38,784 bases of DNA from an uncultured Muribaculaceae bacterium. GTDB taxonomy: Bacteria; Pseudomonadota; Alphaproteobacteria; Rs-D84. This document shows positions 18,567 through 26,584 of this stretch, piece by piece. Each line of letters opens with the position of its first letter. Position 1 is the stretch's first letter. Made by a program: the position numbers and the translations under genes. Under the pieces are notes generated by a model. It was given only the letters and a program-made list of their open reading frames with translations. It was not told the origin of the DNA and searched no databases. The DNA lies in contig CAZJGX010000001.1 of the NCBI GenBank assembly GCA_964545825.1, positions 1-38,784 on the forward strand, written 5' to 3'.

Positions 18567-19362
18567 ACTGTTGATAAAAGCATTCATCGGTTAGAAAAAA
18601 TGTGCCGGTTGTATCTATGAAGGCTTCTTCGTAATAACTGCTTAAACCATCGATATAGCATTCTGTGATACTGGTGGCACCGTCGCTATATGTTTCGCCC
18701 CGTACAGCGGTACCGTTGTGGGCCAATGTGCCCAGGTGGCCGGCGTCACTGTCGGGGCATTCCGTGCATGTGGTGCCGTTTTTGTAATACATATATTTGC
18801 ATATAAATGTTGTTGTGCCGGTGCCACCGTTACATGTTGCGTTTGCCGGGCATGTGATGCATCCGCTGGATGGATTGCCATAGTATCCGGATTTGCATCG
18901 ATATTGTGATGTGGCGGTTTCACCACTGCGTACGTTGCATTTGCCTTGCATTTGGTATGTGTATGTATAATAACGTTCGCGTCCATTGCCGACATCCTGC
19001 CAGCCGCCGTCCGGTGTTGTTTCGCATGCGCAACCGAACTCTGGGCCGCTGGTCATGACATAAACATTATAGCCAATTCTTTCGCATAATGATTCGCAGT
19101 ATGCATATGGTTGACTTGCAGAGTATCCTGTATCTGTGAAATCTTCGCATTTCCCCAGTTCGGCGCGCCAGCAAAAATGTTCTTCTGCTTTGGCGGCGCA
19201 TTGGGTGTCGGTTATATTTGTAAGACTGCCGCCTATAATATAATAGTTAGTGTATGGGCAAACGGTGCCAGTGCATTTGTCCATGATTTGTACTGTTCCT
19301 GATGCGGAATTGGTTATGGCCATGGCAAGTGCCATTGCGGTTAATAATAAATGTTGTTTCAT
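18565..19362 (-). CDS. secreted cysteine-rich protein (265 aa) with CxxGYYG..C..CP-type repeats
   Basis: Start at MKQHLLLTAMALAMAITNSASG. YRCKSGYYGNPSSGCITCPANATCNGG. C-terminal ..ATSITECYIDG..ECFY. Confidence 0.7.
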   Translation of the reverse strand: MKQHLLLTAMALAMAITNSASGTVQIMDKCTGTVCPYTNYYIIGGSLTNITDTQCAAKAEEHFCWRAELGKCEDFTDTGYSASQPYAYCESLCERIGYNVYVMTSGPEFGCACETTPDGGWQDVGNGRERYYTYTYQMQGKCNVRSGETATSQYRCKSGYYGNPSSGCITCPANATCNGGTGTTTFICKYMYYKNGTTCTECPDSDAGHLGTLAHNGTAVRGETYSDGATSITECYIDGLSSYYEEAFIDTTGTFFLTDECFYQQ

Positions 19363-19626
19363 TTGTTCGTTTCTCCTGTGTTTTTCGTAATGAAAAACCA
19401 CCAAATTTTGGTGGTCAGGAGGTTGAGAACAATCCTTAGATTTGTGCCGCTTATTTTTATATATCGCAGCCCTCCTGACCGCTTTGGGCCCAGGAGTTTT
19501 TTCGTCGTATTAAAAAAGGCGCATTGCGCCAATCAATTCCTGACGCTAAGGCAGAGGTTCTCACACCTCATCAACGGAACACCCGTTGACAGTAATAATT
19601 ATATAATGCATGGCATGGAAACACAA
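19363..19626 (-). promoter_or_regulatory. promoter + structured 5' leader, copy 3
   Basis: Minus strand: -35 TTGTGT 19621-19626, 17 nt, -10 TATAAT 19598-19603. GTCAACGG/CCGTTGAT hairpin. GGCGC-AAT-GCGCC plus U6. CTCCTGG../GGTCAGGAGGG (19470-19480)/CTCAACCTCCTGACC (19413-19427). CCACC/GGTGG 19398-19414 plus U run. Confidence 0.8.
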
Positions 19627-19630
19627 ATAA

Positions 19631-19657
19631 AAAAATCCCGCCGTTTGGCGGGTATTG
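19631..19657 (-). terminator. intrinsic terminator of the glycosyltransferase operon
   Basis: CCCGCC-AAAC-GGCGGG plus T7 on the minus strand. Confidence 0.8.
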
Positions 19658-20764
19658 TTATGACCATAATGATTCATACAGTTTTATTGTGTCTGAAATC
19701 ATTTTTTTGCGTGTATATCTGTTCAGAAATCGTGAATATCCTGCAACAGACATGCGGTTGCGTACGGATGCGTTTTCTATAACTTGGCACATTTGGGCCG
19801 CATATTGCGTTGTGTTAATATTGTGTTCATTGTCCACATCAGCATAAAGGGCCGCATTGTCAAACATTTCAACAAGACCGGACACACGTGATGATACGAT
19901 AGGCAGATTATATGACAGTGCCTCGATACCTGCAAAAGAACAGGCTTCTTCCCGGGATGCGAACAGAGCGGCATCTGCTTGCTCGTAATACCGACGAATT
20001 TCGGAATCGTCGGTTAATATGCCTTTATAGACAACCGGCAGGTCGGCGATTTCATCCAGGATGCCTGATGCCTCTGTATCATGGCCACCCAAGACAGTCA
20101 CTTCTATCTTATGTTTTTTTGCAACAGTTCGAATTGCAGGGACTATTTTTGCAAAGCCTTTGTTCTTTGCCAGACCGTTTGCAAATATAAACCGAAATGT
20201 GTCGTCTTTGGGTTTCTTGGATTCGATTTTGGGTTTATCAACACCGTTATAGATTACTGAAAATGGACGCGTGCAATGCCAGTAATCCATATATTTACGA
20301 CCGTTATCGCCAACCAAGATAATTGCATCCATATTAAAGAACGGATCGGCCGGCACAAATCCGGGCGTGTTATTCATTGGCGGCTGGCAATGCAAGACAC
20401 CGATTGTGCGACAATATATGCGGCTTTTTATCATGTATGCCAATCCTTCGCACGACAGACAATCACTTTTTACGATTAGATTCGGCATAGATTTTATCTT
20501 TGGCCAAATCATATTTATAACCGCATCAAACAGGCTTTGAAACGGAAAACCCATCGGGTGAAAAATCTGTAATTCGTCATCGGTATCAACGATACGAATA
20601 TCTTTGTATTCCGTTGAACGATAAAATACGATGTTATACGTTGATATATGCGATGGCATACTGTCGCGCAGAACGCGAAAGTATGTTGCAATACCGCTTT
20701 GATAATGCGCATCACGCGCATCGATTTCTATTATGCTGATAGATTTAAGTGATTTTTTACGCAT
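19658..20764 (-). CDS. glycosyltransferase (GT-B fold, GT4-like)
   Basis: C-terminal EEACSFAGIEALSYNLPIVSSRVSGLVEMF (E-x7-E type region). FIFANGLAKNKG. Starts 9 nt after the upstream stop. Confidence 0.8.
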   Translation of the reverse strand: MRKKSLKSISIIEIDARDAHYQSGIATYFRVLRDSMPSHISTYNIVFYRSTEYKDIRIVDTDDELQIFHPMGFPFQSLFDAVINMIWPKIKSMPNLIVKSDCLSCEGLAYMIKSRIYCRTIGVLHCQPPMNNTPGFVPADPFFNMDAIILVGDNGRKYMDYWHCTRPFSVIYNGVDKPKIESKKPKDDTFRFIFANGLAKNKGFAKIVPAIRTVAKKHKIEVTVLGGHDTEASGILDEIADLPVVYKGILTDDSEIRRYYEQADAALFASREEACSFAGIEALSYNLPIVSSRVSGLVEMFDNAALYADVDNEHNINTTQYAAQMCQVIENASVRNRMSVAGYSRFLNRYTRKKMISDTIKLYESLWS

Positions 20765-20773
20765 CTGTTATCT

Positions 20774-21589
20774 TTATGCCCCCGTGCCACTACCTGTACC
20801 AGTAGTAGCGCATCCTGTATCATTTTCTGTAATGGCCAGTGTACTGGAATAAGAACAGTGTCTATTTGCCAACATATATTTGCCGACACAATCGTTATAT
20901 GTTTGTCCAGAAGAAGATGTCGCACCTGATTCATATACATAACAGTTTGTGATACCGGTGCCAGCTGTTGAACCAAAACAATATCCTGAAACACACATAT
21001 TGTCCGCATTGCCGGCGTATATTCCTGTTGGAAATGCGGCTAAGCCTTCGTTAAAGCGCCCGCGCCCCGGACATAGTATACAACAACCTGTAAACGCGTT
21101 GAGGTCGGTACCGCTATTGATTGCATCACATGGCGATGTGGACTTTGTTTGATATGCGCCATTTAGACATCCACTAAATTTGAAAATACTCAGGCTGCCA
21201 ATTTGGCCTGATGTTTTGTTTAATACCATAGAACTTGCACCTGCAAGCATGTCTTTCTCGCATTTCAGACCTGTGCCGTCACAGGAAGAGTATGTGCCAC
21301 ATGGCGTCTGTTTTCCATCCCAACACGAACACCAGCGGCACAATGCTTCGGTCGCCGTGCCTGTTGCACATGTGTATTTGTTGTTCCCGTCTTTAAATTG
21401 ATTGCAATAACTTCCTTGTAATGCTGCATCATTAAAAACATATAGATATCCGCCGGTACCACCGTTTGCTGTATAAGAAAGAACGGTATAGCCTGCTGTG
21501 TGTGTATAGTCACTTTTTGCATCGCGCATGCCTATTGCGCCGAACACCGCCATACATGTTCCCAGAATTCGAATAGTTGTACGTTTCAT
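20774..21589 (-). CDS. secreted cysteine-, Gly/Thr/Ser-rich protein (271 aa)
   Basis: Start at MKRTTIRILGTCMAVFGAIGM. Many Cys. ..GITNCYVYESG... C-terminal GCATTGTGSGTGA tail. Confidence 0.7.
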   Translation of the reverse strand: MKRTTIRILGTCMAVFGAIGMRDAKSDYTHTAGYTVLSYTANGGTGGYLYVFNDAALQGSYCNQFKDGNNKYTCATGTATEALCRWCSCWDGKQTPCGTYSSCDGTGLKCEKDMLAGASSMVLNKTSGQIGSLSIFKFSGCLNGAYQTKSTSPCDAINSGTDLNAFTGCCILCPGRGRFNEGLAAFPTGIYAGNADNMCVSGYCFGSTAGTGITNCYVYESGATSSSGQTYNDCVGKYMLANRHCSYSSTLAITENDTGCATTGTGSGTGA

Positions 21590-21859
21590 TTTGTTTGATC
21601 TCCTGTCTTTTTCGAAATGAAAAACCACCCAAAATCAAGGTGGTCAGGAGGTTCAGAACAATCTCAAGAATTGTGTGCTTATTCAATATATTCACAACCC
21701 TCCTGACCATCGGTCAGGAGATTATTATCATCAGAATAAAAAATAGCGCGTTTACGCGCCACAAGATTATATTCCGACGCTTGAGCACGGGTTCTGACAC
21801 CCCATTGACGGAACTCCCGTCAACATTGTTATTATATAATATCATGGGAATTAATACAA
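21590..21859 (-). promoter_or_regulatory. promoter + structured 5' leader, copy 4
   Basis: Minus strand: -35 TTGTAT 21854-21859, 17 nt, -10 TATAAT 21831-21836. GTTGACGG/CCGTCAAT hairpin 21804-21824. GCGCG-TAAA-CGCGC 21746-21759 plus U tract. A 42-nt block at 21667-21708 is identical to 3879-3920. CCACC..GGTGG plus U run. AGGAG. Confidence 0.8.
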
Positions 21860-21861
21860 AT

Positions 21862-21889
21862 AAAAAATCCCGCCGTTTGGCGGGTATTT
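21862..21889 (-). terminator. intrinsic terminator of the rpiB-containing operon
   Basis: CCCGCC-AAAC-GGCGGG plus a T run, near-identical to 19631-19657. Confidence 0.8.
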
Positions 21890-22336
21890 TTATGATATTT
21901 TTTCAATGCGTCTGATACGTCGTTCAATGTTGTCAAACGGGCTTTCCAGAAATGTTTGTGTGCATAGAAATGCAACTTCTATATCTATATCATCGGCGGC
22001 CAATGCCAGAACGTTTATATCGTCGTGAAATCTGTCATCGCGTGCCTGGGTTGGATTGTCGCATCGTGATGCGCGGATATGACGGTATCTGTTCGCTGCG
22101 ATTTCCATGCCGGCACCGGTACCACAAATCAATATGCCGCGTGAGTTTTTGTCGTCTTTCATCGCGTCCGCCAAATCTTTTGCAATATCTGGGAAATCAA
22201 CAGATGTGTTTGGGTCGTCTGTGCCCAAGTTTACAACCGTATATCCGGCCGCGTTCAGCATTTCAATCAGATATAATTTTACCCCTACCCCACGGTGGTC
22301 AGCCGCAATATAGACCTTGGATACGTTTTTGTTCAT
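21890..22336 (-). CDS. rpiB: ribose-5-phosphate isomerase B
   Basis: Start at MNKNVSKVYIAADHRG, ILICGTGAGMEIAANR. ATGA overlap with the bactofilin stop. Confidence 0.88.
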   Translation of the reverse strand: MNKNVSKVYIAADHRGVGVKLYLIEMLNAAGYTVVNLGTDDPNTSVDFPDIAKDLADAMKDDKNSRGILICGTGAGMEIAANRYRHIRASRCDNPTQARDDRFHDDINVLALAADDIDIEVAFLCTQTFLESPFDNIERRIRRIEKIS

Positions 22337-22683
22337 TTGTCCTTGTCCTTTCGTTTTGACAGTTTGCATTCCAGTCCCGTGTTTCCTGTAATGTTTATTG
22401 TACGGTATGATAAAACACCGGTCATTTGGGCGGCACTGAACATGTTTGCCGTATTTACAGTTGCCGGCCCTTCTAATGTGCCATGTAAAAACAAGTTGTT
22501 TGCGACAACCTTGCCGGTGACAATGCCGCCGCGACCAATTACAACAGTGTCTGCCGTCACATCACCGACAATCGCACCGTGAATCTGTACCGTGTGGTCG
22601 GTTTTTATGTTGCCTGTTAATTTGCATCCTGCACCGATAATGGTTGGGGATTGCTTTTCTTTTGCGTTCGTAAATGCCAGCAT
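22333..22683 (-). CDS. bactofilin (polymer-forming cytoskeletal protein)
   Basis: Beta-helical repeats IIGAGCKLTGNIKTDHTVQIHGAIVGDVTADTVVIGRGGIVTGKVVANNLFLHGTLEG. Confidence 0.85.
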   Translation of the reverse strand: MLAFTNAKEKQSPTIIGAGCKLTGNIKTDHTVQIHGAIVGDVTADTVVIGRGGIVTGKVVANNLFLHGTLEGPATVNTANMFSAAQMTGVLSYRTINITGNTGLECKLSKRKDKDK

Positions 22684-22684
22684 T

Positions 22685-23968
22685 TTAGTTTTCTTCCTTT
22701 ACAAATTTTGATGGGTCAAATGGTGCACCCTTGTACCGAATTTCATAGTGCAGATGTGGGCCCGTTGAACGACCCGATGAGCCGCCCAATCCCACGACTG
22801 TGCCCGGACGTACCCAGTCACCGCGTGATACATTTATATGTGACAGGTGGGCATATAATGTTGTAAATCCCAATCCATGATCAATTTCAACGGTGGTGCC
22901 GTATCCAACACGTTCGCCGGCCGATACCACGCGCCCCGGGGCGACGGCCATTAATTCTGTGCCTATTTTGCCGGCAAAATCAATCCCGCGGTGTTGTTTC
23001 TGTTTGCCGGTGAACGGGTCTTTGCGTTGGCCATAGTTGGACGTGACACGCATGTTCTTTATTGGTGCACCAATTGGTAATACGGTTTCCAATCTTGATA
23101 ATCCAGCCCATAATTCCAATCCATCTGCCAGGCGTTGATATTTTGCATCTAGATTACGGTCAATGTCCAGGGGTGTAAATGCCGCACCAACAAATGGGTT
23201 GGTATATTTGTTTGCACTGGCAATCAAATCACGTTCATTTAACCCCAGGGCGATAATACTGCTGTTTATGGTTTTTAATTTCTTGCGCAGTTCTTCGGTA
23301 TTTTCGGTGGTTAATTTTGATACAGCCTCAACAATCTGGGTGTCAGCATCAATAATTGATTGGACAGATTCCACCATCTGGGTGTTGCGCTTTTTTAATT
23401 CATCATTTTCAGCGCGTGTTAATTCGTATTCAATTGATAAGTCAGACAGTTTTGTATATTCCGGTGTGTATTCGTCATCACTGAACATTTCTGTTAATCT
23501 GGTGCGCAAGAAGTCCAATTCACCCCATGTTTTTAACCGATTGTTCATCAGTTCTTCTTTTTGCTCGGCCGTCAGTTTTTCAGAGTGCAATATCTTGTCA
23601 TCAATAACGTTCAGATTTTTTGTCAGTTCATTATATTTGGCCAGGTAAATCTGTAAATCAGACATGTGACGTGCATGCGTTGCACGTTCTGTTTCCAATT
23701 GATGGGTACGTTTTTGCAATAATGGACGGTGATATACAAACACATATGTTGACCATGTTGCCCATATAATCAGACCTATTTTGCCACACCATTTGGTAAA
23801 TCGCCAAAAACTGCTTTGTTGGAAAGTATAAACATTACCGCGCGGTGTATCCATAACGGTAAATTCACGTGGTGGGAATATGCGCACAATTATGCGCCAT
23901 ATCGCGCGAAAAGGCGATGTTATAAACGCCCACAGTGATGTAAAATATCGTGTTATAAAGTTTATCAT
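22685..23968 (-). CDS. membrane-anchored coiled-coil M23 (LytM) peptidase
   Basis: TM segment KIGLIIWATWSTYVFVY, long charged helical region, HRGIDFAG .. YAHLS.. GSSGRSTGPHLHYEIR. Confidence 0.85.
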   Translation of the reverse strand: MINFITRYFTSLWAFITSPFRAIWRIIVRIFPPREFTVMDTPRGNVYTFQQSSFWRFTKWCGKIGLIIWATWSTYVFVYHRPLLQKRTHQLETERATHARHMSDLQIYLAKYNELTKNLNVIDDKILHSEKLTAEQKEELMNNRLKTWGELDFLRTRLTEMFSDDEYTPEYTKLSDLSIEYELTRAENDELKKRNTQMVESVQSIIDADTQIVEAVSKLTTENTEELRKKLKTINSSIIALGLNERDLIASANKYTNPFVGAAFTPLDIDRNLDAKYQRLADGLELWAGLSRLETVLPIGAPIKNMRVTSNYGQRKDPFTGKQKQHRGIDFAGKIGTELMAVAPGRVVSAGERVGYGTTVEIDHGLGFTTLYAHLSHINVSRGDWVRPGTVVGLGGSSGRSTGPHLHYEIRYKGAPFDPSKFVKEEN

Positions 23969-24651
23969 AATGTATTCAGTCTAGCCAATGCATCGCCAAT
24001 AGTCAAGCCGTCACGCAAAACGGCATCTGTATTCATGGATAGGCCCTTGTGTAATGTCGCCCCGCCCCGTACGCCGACGCGGCCGCGTATCAGCACGCGT
24101 TCAGCGGTGTTTTTGCGACCAAACAGTGGCATTATATGTATATCACCACAGTGTGGTGTCATTGCAGATATAACGTCTGATACGGCTGATGCATCTATAA
24201 TCGTGCAGAAGTATCCACGTGGACGAACGCGGGCAACGCATTTTTTTGTCCAACCACATAAATCCGCATTGTGATGCGCATTATGTGTGGCGGGGGTGCC
24301 TTTGAAATACGGTGGATTGGATACAACCATATCAAATGTGCGTGGTGTGCGCCATGTCATGATATCTGTATTAATTAATTCAATTTTACGATTATTTTGT
24401 TCTGCGTTTTGTGCGCTTTCTGTTAGCATGTCGTTGCATACATCAATTGCAGTGGCGGAAATATCCGGGTGGTGCGCCATCAGGCATAATATTACCCCAC
24501 CTGTGCCGACACCGACGTCCAGAACTGTATGTGCCGGACAGTCGGCTGCAAATGCCGCCAACCAGACCGCATCAGATGTTGGATTGTATCGACCGCGGTG
24601 AATCTGAACGCGACCGCCCATCAGGGTAAAAATTTCTTGTTTTTGCGCCAT
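23965..24651 (-). CDS. SAM-dependent methyltransferase with NPPY motif (TrmN6/YfiC-like)
   Basis: Start at MAQKQEIF. LDVGVGTGGVIL. VVSNPPYF. The upstream part of the 320-aa ORF is not supported. Confidence 0.78.
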   Translation of the reverse strand: MAQKQEIFTLMGGRVQIHRGRYNPTSDAVWLAAFAADCPAHTVLDVGVGTGGVILCLMAHHPDISATAIDVCNDMLTESAQNAEQNNRKIELINTDIMTWRTPRTFDMVVSNPPYFKGTPATHNAHHNADLCGWTKKCVARVRPRGYFCTIIDASAVSDVISAMTPHCGDIHIMPLFGRKNTAERVLIRGRVGVRGGATLHKGLSMNTDAVLRDGLTIGDALARLNTL

Positions 24652-24691
24652 ACCTTTATATAATAATTCAATAAAAATAAAAGGCAAGTTT

Positions 24692-25699
24692 ATGTTCGAT
24701 GATGTGATTGTTGTAAAAAGTGCGGTCAGTGCGTTTAATAATGCGGCGTTGGTGTCGCCTGCATTTTTGTGGTACGCGATATTGGCGGTGCCATTGTTTG
24801 TAATGGTGTATTTTTGCGGCAATTTGTTCTTGGATAAGATTGGTTGGAATCGGAATAATGTCATAAAAAACAGTTCTGTGGTAATGGTTGTGATGACATT
24901 TATATGGATGGTTTTGTTTGGTGGCAATTACGTTGTGTTGCGTGATGGAATATCTGTTTTGCCGTTTTTGACGGCCGCAATTTTGGGGCTGTGCGGGATG
25001 TTTGTTGCCGCACGTACGCGTGATGCGAAATTGCCACAATGGAAAAATATGTCGCGTCGTATGCGTATTGCGGTATATGCGGCGGGGGCATTAATACTGT
25101 TGGCGGTTGGATTGACTGATTTACATGCGTGGTGGGGGCCTATATTGCAGATTGGTGTGCTGGCGTTTGGTGTTTTGATTGGTCGGCGTGGACGTTGGAA
25201 ATTGCCGGTGTTGTCTGGTGCAATCCTGATTATGACGTCGGTGGTGGTTGCAATTTTGATGCAGCCGGAATATTTTCACTTTGGCCAGTTGGGTAATTTA
25301 ACTGTATTGCACATGTTGGCGATATTTATATTTGGGGCATTGGTTGCGGCATGTGTTGCCGTAAATAATGTTGTGCCCTGCGCACGAATTCATCGCAGTG
25401 CGTATATTAAACTAAAATGGATGGCGCGGTTTATTGTTGCACTGGGGTTGGTATTATTCTTTATGACGGAATCAGTGCCGGTGTTCTTGGGGACGTTGGT
25501 GGCGATGTTTGTATCAATTGCAATGTCTGTTTGGCATGCGGATAAAGTATCTGAAAATTTGGGCAATTGTTTGTTCGCATTGACGTTGGGGATGTTTGGT
25601 GTGTTGACTACCATGCCGGTTATAACTGCGTTGGGTATATTGTGCTGGATGAAATTGCCGTGTGCTGATTTTGTCAGAGATGTTCGCGAATTGTTATAA
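24692..25699 (+). CDS. polytopic inner-membrane protein, function unknown
   Basis: 335 aa with about 9 hydrophobic segments, divergent from the methyltransferase operon. Confidence 0.6.
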   Translation: MFDDVIVVKSAVSAFNNAALVSPAFLWYAILAVPLFVMVYFCGNLFLDKIGWNRNNVIKNSSVVMVVMTFIWMVLFGGNYVVLRDGISVLPFLTAAILGLCGMFVAARTRDAKLPQWKNMSRRMRIAVYAAGALILLAVGLTDLHAWWGPILQIGVLAFGVLIGRRGRWKLPVLSGAILIMTSVVVAILMQPEYFHFGQLGNLTVLHMLAIFIFGALVAACVAVNNVVPCARIHRSAYIKLKWMARFIVALGLVLFFMTESVPVFLGTLVAMFVSIAMSVWHADKVSENLGNCLFALTLGMFGVLTTMPVITALGILCWMKLPCADFVRDVRELL

Positions 25700-25783
25700 T
25701 TGGTTATATTTATTGAATACCATTGATGGCCGCTGTGGTGTAGTATTTTACAAGAAATAATGTAAAAATATAGGCTTGTAATT

Positions 25784-26584
25784 ATGACAAATATACATCC
25801 AACCGCGATAATTCATGAAGGCGCTGTTATTGGTGCTGACTGTAAGATTGGCCCGTTTTGTATCGTTGGTGCAAACGTAGTGCTGGGCGAACGCGTTGAA
25901 CTGGTTTCACATGTTGTTATTGATGGTAAAACATCTATCGGTGATGATTCTATCGTGTATCCGTTTGCAGTACTTGGCGTGATGAGTCAGGACTTAAAAT
26001 GGCAGGATGAAGATGCGATGACCGGATTGCGTATTGGCAAACGTTGCCGTATTCGTGAATATGTGACGATACATTCTGGTACGCCCGCATCTGATGGTAC
26101 GGTTATTGGGGATGACTGTCAAATTATGGTTAATGCCCATGTCGGTCACGATTGCAAGGTTGGAAACAGTGTCGTTATGTCAAACCTGGTTCAGGTGGCG
26201 GGTCACGTTGAAATAGAAGACTTTGCTATCTTATCTGGTGGCGTATGTGTATTGCAATTTGCACGTATTGGACGCAATGCCTTTATCGGGGGGATGTCTG
26301 GTGTTGGAAACGATATTCTGCCGTATGCGATATACGATGGTGCGCGTGCGACATATCGTACGATTAATCGTGTCGGATTGATGCGCCATGGTTTTACTAA
26401 TGAAGATATGCATGCAATTCACTCTGTTTATAATGCGGTATTCCGTGGTACGGATGGTACGGTTGCAGATCGCGTTAACCGTATTCGCAAAGATGTTAAA
26501 AACAATAAATACGCAATGGATGCTATTGATTTTATAGAAAATCGTTCAAAGCGTGGAATTGGCACGTCAAACAATGCAGAATAA
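25784..26584 (+). CDS. lpxA: acyl-ACP--UDP-N-acetylglucosamine O-acyltransferase
   Basis: IHPTAIIHEGAVIG..C.IGPFC hexapeptide repeats plus helical C-terminal domain. Confidence 0.92.
   Translation: MTNIHPTAIIHEGAVIGADCKIGPFCIVGANVVLGERVELVSHVVIDGKTSIGDDSIVYPFAVLGVMSQDLKWQDEDAMTGLRIGKRCRIREYVTIHSGTPASDGTVIGDDCQIMVNAHVGHDCKVGNSVVMSNLVQVAGHVEIEDFAILSGGVCVLQFARIGRNAFIGGMSGVGNDILPYAIYDGARATYRTINRVGLMRHGFTNEDMHAIHSVYNAVFRGTDGTVADRVNRIRKDVKNNKYAMDAIDFIENRSKRGIGTSNNAE

Noticed and set aside
23163-23648. 161-aa plus-strand ORF.
   Set aside because: It is antisense to the coiled-coil part of the M23 peptidase gene.
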